A program made the position numbers and the translations under genes. The notes beneath the pieces are model-generated. The model was not told where the DNA came from. It worked only from the letters and a program-made list of their open reading frames with translations, and did not search any database. 64,000 nt of DNA, taken from the NCBI GenBank assembly GCA_035635555.1, contig DASQAT010000021.1:23975-87974 (forward strand). The letters are read 5' to 3'. The stretch comes from Candidatus Dormiibacterota bacterium. Its GTDB lineage: Bacteria; Acidobacteriota; Polarisedimenticolia; Gp22-AA2. Shown here one piece after another: positions 57,977 to 64,000 of the stretch. Each line of letters starts with the position of its first letter. The first letter of the stretch is position 1.

Positions 57977-58180
57977 GGACGCGTGCCCCCGGATGGCGAC
58001 GTACGGCCGCCGGAGTCTATGCAAGGCCAGGGCGCGATGCAAGGGAAGACGGGCGGGCGCTCCGACCATGGAACGGTGTACACTCCGGCCGTCGCGCGGA
58101 GGGCAGGGAGATTGTCCCGGACGAGGACCCACGAGCCGGCCCGGCTACCGCCAGCCTTCGGGCCCGTTGCACCCCGACAC

Positions 58181-58210
58181 TTGACGACATGAGCCGCACC
58201 GGACTAAACT
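58181..58210 (+). promoter_or_regulatory. candidate sigma-70-type promoter (TTGACG-18-TAAACT) for the TetR-led operon
   Basis: The -35/-10-like hexamers have an 18-nt spacer. The -10 overlaps the 20-bp palindrome. This rests on sequence pattern only. Confidence 0.3.
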
Positions 58211-58227
58211 ACCGACCGGTCGGTAGT
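58208..58227 (+). promoter_or_regulatory. 20-bp perfect palindrome ACTACCGACCGGTCGGTAGT, a candidate TetR operator
   Basis: It is a perfect inverted repeat 30 nt upstream of the TetR ATG and overlaps the candidate -10. This is the typical autoregulatory arrangement for the TetR family. Confidence 0.45.
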
Positions 58228-58256
58228 GTCCCGGCGGTGCCGCGCCGGGAGACCGG

Positions 58257-58868
58257 ATGAAGAAGAGGACGCGGCAGGACCGGCCGACCCGCCAGGCGCA
58301 GATCTTCGAGACCGCGGCGCGTCTCTTCTGCGAGAAGGGATTCGACAAGGCGTCCATGGGCGACATCTCGGCCGCTCTCGGGCTCACGAAGGCGGGGCTC
58401 TATCATCACATCCGGAGCAAGGAAGAGCTTCTCTACGAGATCATGTCGTACGGCATGGACCTGTTCGAGCAGAAGGTTCTCAACCGGGTGATGACCATCG
58501 ACGATCCGCTCGACCGGATCCGGGCCACTCTCAGGGGACACGTCCTCCTGGTCACACGCGACCGGCCCAAGGAGATCACCGTCATCCTGCACGAGAGCAA
58601 CGCCCTGAAGGGGCGATACCGCGACAGGATCAACGCCCGCAAGAAGAGGTACGTGAAGTTCCTGGAGAAGACGTTCCGGGAGCTGCTCAGAAGCGGCGCC
58701 GCGCGCCGCATCGATCCCTCGGTCGCCACCTTCGCGATGCTCGGCATGATCAACTGGATCTACCAGTGGTACCGCCCCGGCGGACGGCTGGACGAGAACG
58801 CCCTGGCGGAGACGCTTACCGATCAGTTCCTTGGCGGCGTCCTGAAGCGGGCCGAGAGCACCCGATGA
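58257..58868 (+). CDS. TetR/AcrR family transcriptional regulator
   Basis: It has an N-terminal HTH (QIFETAARLFCEKGFDKASMGDISAALGLTKAGLYHHIRSKEELL). The product is 203 aa. Confidence 0.8.
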   Translation: MKKRTRQDRPTRQAQIFETAARLFCEKGFDKASMGDISAALGLTKAGLYHHIRSKEELLYEIMSYGMDLFEQKVLNRVMTIDDPLDRIRATLRGHVLLVTRDRPKEITVILHESNALKGRYRDRINARKKRYVKFLEKTFRELLRSGAARRIDPSVATFAMLGMINWIYQWYRPGGRLDENALAETLTDQFLGGVLKRAESTR

Positions 58869-59917
58869 AGACGGCGCGCGCGGTCGGTGTCGCCGGTTAC
58901 GGCGCCTACATCCCGCGGCCGCGCATCGCCGCGGCGACCATCGCCTCGGCCTGGGGCAAGTCGGCGGACGCCCGGCTCCCCGTGCGCGAAAAGTCGGTCC
59001 CGTCCGCCGACGAGGACACCGTGACGATGGCGATCGAGGCGGCGCGCGGGGCGCTGGCGCGCTCGCGCGTCTCTCCTCCGGCGATCCGGGCGGTCTGGGT
59101 GGGGACCGAGTCGAAGCCGTATGCCGTGAAGCCCTCGAGCACCATCGTGGCGGAAGCGATCGGCGCGATCCCCTGGGTGAGCGCGGCCGACCTCGAGTTC
59201 GCCTGCAAGGCCGGCTCGGAGGCGATGCAGGCCGCCTGCGCCTATGTCGGGTCCGGCATGGCCGACCACGCCCTGGCGATCGGCATGGACGCGGCCCAGA
59301 GCCGGCCGGGGGACCACCTGGAGTTCACGGCGGCGGCGGGGGGCGCGGCCTTTCTCTTCGGTCCGGCGGACGGGGCCCTGGCCGAGGTCGAGGCGTCCCG
59401 CTCGTACGTCACCGACACTCCGGACTTCTTCCGGCGGCAGCACATGCACTACCCCGAGCACGGGCACCGCTTCACGGGCGAGCCGTCCTACTTCAAGCAT
59501 TCGCTCGAGGCGTCGCGCGGTCTGCTCGCGGAGCTGGGGCGGAAGCCGTCCGATTACCGCTGGGCGGTCTTCCACCAGCCGAACCCGAAATTCGTGCGCC
59601 GGGTCGCCGCGGAGCTCGGATTCTCTGAAACGCAGATCGCGGCCGGGAGCGTCGTGGATCACATCGGCAACACCTACTCGGGCGCGTCTCTCCTCGGCCT
59701 GGCGGCGATCCTGGACGTCGCCCGCGCGGGAGACCGGATCTTCTTCTGCTCGTACGGATCGGGGGCGGGGAGCGACGCCTTCTCGCTCCAGGCCACCGCG
59801 CGCCTGGAGAGCGCGCGCGCCCTGGCCCCCCTGGTCGGCGATTACCTAGCGAGACGCCGTCCGATCGAGGACTACGGGGACTATCTCAGAGTGACGCGCG
59901 CGATCAGGATGCTGTGA
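58865..59917 (+). CDS. hydroxymethylglutaryl-CoA synthase-like condensing enzyme (archaeal-type HMGCS/KAS-III-like family)
   Basis: MKTARAVGVAGYGAYIPRPRIAAATIA..., with an active-site Cys context (EFACKAGSEAMQAA) and a His region (FHQPNPKF). It overlaps the TetR stop and is co-located with a thiolase-like and a DUF35 gene. Confidence 0.75.
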   Translation: MKTARAVGVAGYGAYIPRPRIAAATIASAWGKSADARLPVREKSVPSADEDTVTMAIEAARGALARSRVSPPAIRAVWVGTESKPYAVKPSSTIVAEAIGAIPWVSAADLEFACKAGSEAMQAACAYVGSGMADHALAIGMDAAQSRPGDHLEFTAAAGGAAFLFGPADGALAEVEASRSYVTDTPDFFRRQHMHYPEHGHRFTGEPSYFKHSLEASRGLLAELGRKPSDYRWAVFHQPNPKFVRRVAAELGFSETQIAAGSVVDHIGNTYSGASLLGLAAILDVARAGDRIFFCSYGSGAGSDAFSLQATARLESARALAPLVGDYLARRRPIEDYGDYLRVTRAIRML

Positions 59918-61068
59918 TGAGAGACGTCGCCATCATCGGTGTCGGCCAGACGTCTGTCGGGGAGCACTGGGATCGCTCCCTGCGCGATCTCGCGGTCGAG
60001 GCGATCGCCTCGGCGCGCCAGGACGCGGGGGTCGATCGTGTGGACGTCCTGTTCGTCGGAAACATGCTTTCGGGCGAGCTGGCCGGGCAGGAGAACCTCG
60101 CCACCTGCGTCGCCGACGCCGCCGGTCTCCTGCCGATCGAGGCGCTCAAGATCGAGGCGGCCTGCGCCTCCGGGGGCGCCGCGCTGCGGGCCGCCTTTCT
60201 CACGGTGGCCTCGGGGGCGCACGACTTCGCGCTCGCGGTCGGGGTCGAGAAGATGACCGATCTCCTCACGGACGGCGTGACGTCGGCCCTCGCCCTCGCG
60301 GCGGACGCGGACTACGAGGCCGCGCACGGTCTGACCTTCGCGGCCCTCAACGCCCTCTTGATGCGGCGCTACATGCACGAGCACCGGGCGCGTCACGAGG
60401 ACTTCGCTCCGTTCTCGGTCAACGCGCACAGGAACGCCGCCGTGAACCCGCGCGCCATGTACCGCCAGCCGATCACGGTTGCGGACTTCGTCCGCTCCCC
60501 GGTCGTCGCCGATCCGATCAACATCCTGGACTCGGCCGGGATCTGCGACGGTGCGGCGGCGCTGCTGGTCTGTCCGGCCACCGAGGCGCGCCGGGCCCGC
60601 CGCGCCCCGGTGCGGATCACCGGGTCGGCCTGCGCCACCGACACGCTGGGTCTCGCGGAACGCCGGGACCCGCTCCTCTGGCAGGCGGTGGCCGACTCGT
60701 CGCGCCTCGCCTGCGAGCAGGCGAGGCTCAAGCCGAAGGACATGGACCTGTTCGAGCCGCACGACGCCTTCACCATCGTCTCGGTCCTGACGCTCGAGGC
60801 CAGCGGCTTCGCGGATCGCGGCAGCGCCCTGAAGCTCGCCGCCGAGGGGCGGCTGGCACGCGAGGGGGACATCCCCATCTGCACCCTGGGCGGGCTGAAG
60901 GGGCGCGGCCACCCGGTGGGGGCGAGCGGCGCCTACCAGCTGGTCGAGACGGTGCTGCAGCTCCGCGGCGAGGCCGGTCCCGCCCAGGTGAAGGGTGCTT
61001 CGATCGGCATGGCCCAGAGCGTCGGGGGGTCCGGGTCGGTCGCGGTCACCCACATCCTGCAGGTCTGA
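59914..61068 (+). CDS. thiolase-like protein (SCP-x/archaeal acetyl-CoA C-acetyltransferase type)
   Basis: RDVAIIGVGQT..., with a Cys in IEAACASGGAALRAA and the C-terminal GGLKGRGHPVGASGAYQLVE. Its start overlaps the previous stop (ATGA). Confidence 0.8.
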   Translation: MMRDVAIIGVGQTSVGEHWDRSLRDLAVEAIASARQDAGVDRVDVLFVGNMLSGELAGQENLATCVADAAGLLPIEALKIEAACASGGAALRAAFLTVASGAHDFALAVGVEKMTDLLTDGVTSALALAADADYEAAHGLTFAALNALLMRRYMHEHRARHEDFAPFSVNAHRNAAVNPRAMYRQPITVADFVRSPVVADPINILDSAGICDGAAALLVCPATEARRARRAPVRITGSACATDTLGLAERRDPLLWQAVADSSRLACEQARLKPKDMDLFEPHDAFTIVSVLTLEASGFADRGSALKLAAEGRLAREGDIPICTLGGLKGRGHPVGASGAYQLVETVLQLRGEAGPAQVKGASIGMAQSVGGSGSVAVTHILQV

Positions 61069-61079
61069 GAGGATCCATC

Positions 61080-61493
61080 ATGGAGCTGCCTCGTTTCCAT
61101 CGTCTGCGCGGTCCGTTCTACCGCCTGGAAGGAAACGCCTGCGCGGCCTGCTCGCTCCGCTTCTTCCCGCCGCGCCCTGTCTGCCCTGCGTGCAGGGGAA
61201 ACGGACTCCCGTCCTTTGCCTTCTCCGGACGCGGGACTCTCTACTCCTGGAGCCGGGTCCTGCAGCCGGCGCGCGGTTACGCCTCGATGGCCCCGTACCT
61301 GGTCGGGATGGTGCGTCTCGAGGAGGGGCCGCTGGTCTCGGCGCAGCTGGCCGACGCCGACGGTGTCGACCTGACAATCGGGATGCCCGTCGAGATGGTG
61401 ACCCGCCGGCTCCGCGACGCCGACGAGCACGGCTACATCGTCTACGGCTACAAGTTCAGGCCGCTCCTGCGGGAGACGCGAAAGCAGCCGTGA
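61080..61493 (+). CDS. DUF35 OB-fold/Zn-ribbon protein (partner of thiolase-like enzymes)
   Basis: It has a CxxC...CxxC zinc ribbon (CAACSLRFFPPRPVCPACRG) followed by an OB fold (GTLYSWSRV...MVRLEEGPLVSAQL). The product is 137 aa. Confidence 0.7.
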   Translation: MELPRFHRLRGPFYRLEGNACAACSLRFFPPRPVCPACRGNGLPSFAFSGRGTLYSWSRVLQPARGYASMAPYLVGMVRLEEGPLVSAQLADADGVDLTIGMPVEMVTRRLRDADEHGYIVYGYKFRPLLRETRKQP

Positions 61494-62398
61494 GCCCCCG
61501 GGCGGAGCGCGTCGCCGACCTCGGGGAGGCCGCGGCTCTCCTGCGCGACGGCATGGTCGTCGGTCTCTCCGGTTTCTCCTACCAGAACCCGCCCATGGCG
61601 ATCGTGCGGGAGATCATCCGCCGCGGAGTCAAGGACCTGACCGTGGTGTCGGGCCCGACCTCGGGGCTGGAAACGGATCTGCTGATCGGGGCCGGGTGCG
61701 TCAGGCGCGTGGTGACCGCCGGCGTCGCGTTCGAGCGTGTGGCGGCCATCGCGCCCGCGTTCCGGAGGGCCGCGGAGCGGGGCGACCTGTCGGTCTGGGA
61801 GTGCGACGAGTGCATCTGGCACCTGGCGCTCAAGGCGGCGGCCTGGGACATGCCACATCTGCTGTGGCGCGGCGGCGTCGGCACGTCGCTCCCCGAGCTC
61901 AACCCCGATCTGGAAGAGGTGACCGAGGGAGGGCGGCGTTATATCCGGGTGCCGCCGGTGCGGCCGGACATCGTCTTCCTGCACGCGGCCGAGGCCGATC
62001 CGTTCGGCAATGTCCGCGTGGCGCGCGAGGCGTATCTGGGACGCACCTTCTGCGAGAGGGCGCTGACCCTGGCCTGCCGCGGACCGGTCGTGGCGACCGT
62101 CGAGCGCATCGTGCCGAACCTGGACGTCGCCGCCTCCCCGGAGAGGACGATTGTCCGCGGCGCCCTGGTGGTCCCGGTCCCCTGGGGCGCCCACCCCGGC
62201 GGCGTCAGCGGACGCTATGTCCCGGACCTGGCGCACTACCGCGAGTACGCCGCGGCGGGCGAGGCGCGCAGGCACGACGACCCGGTCCCGTACCAGGCGT
62301 ATCTGGAACGGCACGTCTTCGGCCTGGACGGCCAGGAGGCGTATCTGAAAGAGATCGGTGCCGCGCGATTGGACCGCCTGGGGACGTCGTGGGCCTGA
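61490..62398 (+). CDS. CoA-transferase subunit A (3-oxoacid/glutaconate CoA-transferase family)
   Basis: The GTG start overlaps the DUF35 stop. Family sequence is present (LRDGMVVGLSGFSYQNPPMAIVREIIRRGVKDLTVVSGPTSG, DIVFLHAAEADPFGNV). Confidence 0.75.
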   Translation: MSPRAERVADLGEAAALLRDGMVVGLSGFSYQNPPMAIVREIIRRGVKDLTVVSGPTSGLETDLLIGAGCVRRVVTAGVAFERVAAIAPAFRRAAERGDLSVWECDECIWHLALKAAAWDMPHLLWRGGVGTSLPELNPDLEEVTEGGRRYIRVPPVRPDIVFLHAAEADPFGNVRVAREAYLGRTFCERALTLACRGPVVATVERIVPNLDVAASPERTIVRGALVVPVPWGAHPGGVSGRYVPDLAHYREYAAAGEARRHDDPVPYQAYLERHVFGLDGQEAYLKEIGAARLDRLGTSWA

Positions 62399-63228
62399 GC
62401 CCGGCGGGCGGTCACGACGCGGCGGCGCCCCGGACCGCGGCCGGAGACGTGGCGCGGCTTCTCGCCTGCGTGGTGGCCCGGGAGCTTTCCGACAAAGAGA
62501 CGGTCGCCTTCGGTTTGCACGCCGAGCTGCTTCTGGCCGCGGCCCTCCTGGCGCAGAGACTGCACGCACCGAACCTGACGATCCGGCACGGCCTGCGCGT
62601 GGAGCGGGGACACGAGCTCTCCCCCGCCGCCTGGACCGACGAGCCGACGAGCCGATCGTACGGGCTCGTCGAATATCTCGAAGCGCACGACGCGATCCTG
62701 GATGTCGCCAGCCGGTCGTCCCCGATGCGATTCTGCGATGTCTTCTTCGTGGGGGGGATGCAGATCGATCGCGAGGGGAGCACCAACCTGATCGGTCTCA
62801 AGGGCAGGGACGGGCGCCTCGCGGTCAGGGGGCCCGGTTCGATCGGCACGACCTCCATCGGGACGCTGGCGCGGCACGTCATCCTGTTCTCGGGGGAGCA
62901 TACGCCGCGGCGCTTCGTCGAGCGGGTCGACTACGTGTCGGTGCCGGGCTGGCGCCGCCGCGCGGCGGCCGGTCTCGAGGGGGGGCCGTCGCTGTGCGTG
63001 ACCCCGCTCGCGGTCCTCGATTTCGCCGACGGTTTCATGCGGCTCCGTACGGTGCACGCCCACGCCACCGAGGCGGACGTGCGGCGACGCACGGGGTTCA
63101 CGCTGCCCCCCTCGCCCGTCGTGGGCACGCCCCCTCCGACCGCCGTGGAGCTCGCGGCGCTCGCGGAGATCGATCCCTCCGGAAGGCTGGACGGGCTGGA
63201 TCTGAGCCCGGACGGCGGGCCGCCGTGA
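62389..63228 (+). CDS. CoA-transferase subunit B
   Basis: The GTG start overlaps the previous stop. Family sequence is present (MRFCDVFFVGGMQIDREGSTNLIG...GPGSIGTTSIGT). Confidence 0.7.
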   Translation: MGLSPAGGHDAAAPRTAAGDVARLLACVVARELSDKETVAFGLHAELLLAAALLAQRLHAPNLTIRHGLRVERGHELSPAAWTDEPTSRSYGLVEYLEAHDAILDVASRSSPMRFCDVFFVGGMQIDREGSTNLIGLKGRDGRLAVRGPGSIGTTSIGTLARHVILFSGEHTPRRFVERVDYVSVPGWRRRAAAGLEGGPSLCVTPLAVLDFADGFMRLRTVHAHATEADVRRRTGFTLPPSPVVGTPPPTAVELAALAEIDPSGRLDGLDLSPDGGPP

Positions 63229-64000
63229 GCGCCCTCGTGACGCTGCGACAGGCGGCCGCCTCCGTCCCGGACGGCGCTCTCGTCACCTTCGGGGGATTCC
63301 AGCTCAACCGGGCCCCGATGGCGCTGGTGTTCGAGCTGCTGCGCCAGAGGCGGCGCGGTCTGCGGGTCGTGACGCTGCCGAATCCGCTGCCGCTCGATCT
63401 TCTCGTGGCCGGTGGGGCCGTAGCCGAGACGGAGTTCGGGTTCATCGGCTTCCAGTTCGAGGACGGGTTCGTCACGGCGCCGCACGTCAAGCGCCGGATC
63501 GAAGCCGGTTCGCTGCCGTTCAAGGAGCGCGATGTGTACGAGATCGTGCAGGGCCTGCGGGCGGCGGCCCTCGGCCTGCCGTACCTCCAGGCGCCGGGGA
63601 TCGAGGCGTCCGGCTACATGACGGTGAACCGCACGCGGATGATCGAGGACCCGACGACCGGGGAGAAAGTCCCGGTGGCACCGGCGATCCGGCCCGACGT
63701 GGCCCTGGTGCACGCCCAGATGGCGGACAGGAAAGGAAACCTGCGCATCGACGACCTGTACGCCGAGGATCTCCTGGCGCGCGCCAGCGACCGGGTCATC
63801 GCCACGGCGGAAACGATCGTCGATCGGCTGGAGGCCGCGACCATCCCGCACTTTCTCGTGGACTGCGTGGCCGAGGCGCCCGGCGGGGCGTTTCCGACCT
63901 CGTGCCACCGCGCTTACAGATATTCGGCGCCGCACCTGCGCGACTACCTCGCCGCGGCCTCCCAGGGGCGGACGGACGAATATCTCGGGACCTTCGTGAG
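63225..64000 (+). CDS. second CoA-transferase subunit A-like protein, 3' partial (runs off the window end)
   Basis: The GTG start overlaps the previous stop. VSALVTLRQAAASVPDGALVTFGGFQLNRAPMALVFELLR... parallels the subunit A N-terminus. No stop occurs before 64000. Confidence 0.6.
   Translation, partial: MSALVTLRQAAASVPDGALVTFGGFQLNRAPMALVFELLRQRRRGLRVVTLPNPLPLDLLVAGGAVAETEFGFIGFQFEDGFVTAPHVKRRIEAGSLPFKERDVYEIVQGLRAAALGLPYLQAPGIEASGYMTVNRTRMIEDPTTGEKVPVAPAIRPDVALVHAQMADRKGNLRIDDLYAEDLLARASDRVIATAETIVDRLEAATIPHFLVDCVAEAPGGAFPTSCHRAYRYSAPHLRDYLAAASQGRTDEYLGTFV

Overview
This is a 64-kb chromosomal segment, roughly 70% G+C judged by eye (not computed). Its gene content suggests a high-GC Gram-negative bacterium, possibly Myxococcota- or Acidobacteriota-like; that placement is an inference only. 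I identified 43 protein-coding genes and found no rRNA, tRNA, CRISPR array, integrase or transposase.

Because of the GC content, almost every real gene is shadowed by long spurious ORFs in other frames, including a 1915-aa antisense ORF. Genes were therefore called from recognisable protein motifs. Starts were placed by in-frame counting against the supplied ORF track, and individual start codons may be off by a few codons.

In order, the window contains:
- a 5' partial ACE-like M2 metallopeptidase;
- a TatT–DctP–DctQM TRAP transporter operon of the TPR-protein-associated (TPAT) type;
- a secreted protein carrying four Cys/Asp-rich CDGxDNDCDG repeats;
- a minus-strand operon of a PEBP-family protein, a giant DUF349 protein and a small ORF;
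- a subtilisin-like S8 protease with AIWGG tail repeats;
- a HAD hydrolase and a dipeptide epimerase;
- a translationally coupled operon of five secreted proteins: DUF1800, DUF1501 with a Tat signal, an LVIVD β-propeller, a PQQ-type sugar dehydrogenase and a class A β-lactamase-like protein;
- a LysM-M23 peptidase, a CocE/NonD peptidase and two large secreted multidomain proteins;
- a czcCBA heavy-metal efflux operon with a ZraSR-like two-component system, preceded by a perfect σ54 promoter;
- an HD-domain hydrolase, purF, a desaturase-like diiron protein, tkt and pgi;
- an orphan MttB-superfamily methyltransferase;
- a 14-blade Kelch protein with a thrombospondin type 3 (TSP3) repeat;
- an amino-acid/polyamine/organocation (APC) family permease;
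- a TetR-controlled operon of an HMG-CoA-synthase-like protein, a thiolase-like protein, a DUF35 protein and three CoA-transferase subunits, with a 20-bp perfect palindrome just upstream.

The candidates most likely to represent an undescribed system are:
- the five-gene secreted operon at 17210–25929;
- a diverged FN3-like module with two conserved Cys, shared by four neighbouring secreted proteins;
- the TetR/HMGCS-like/thiolase-like/DUF35/CoA-transferase operon.
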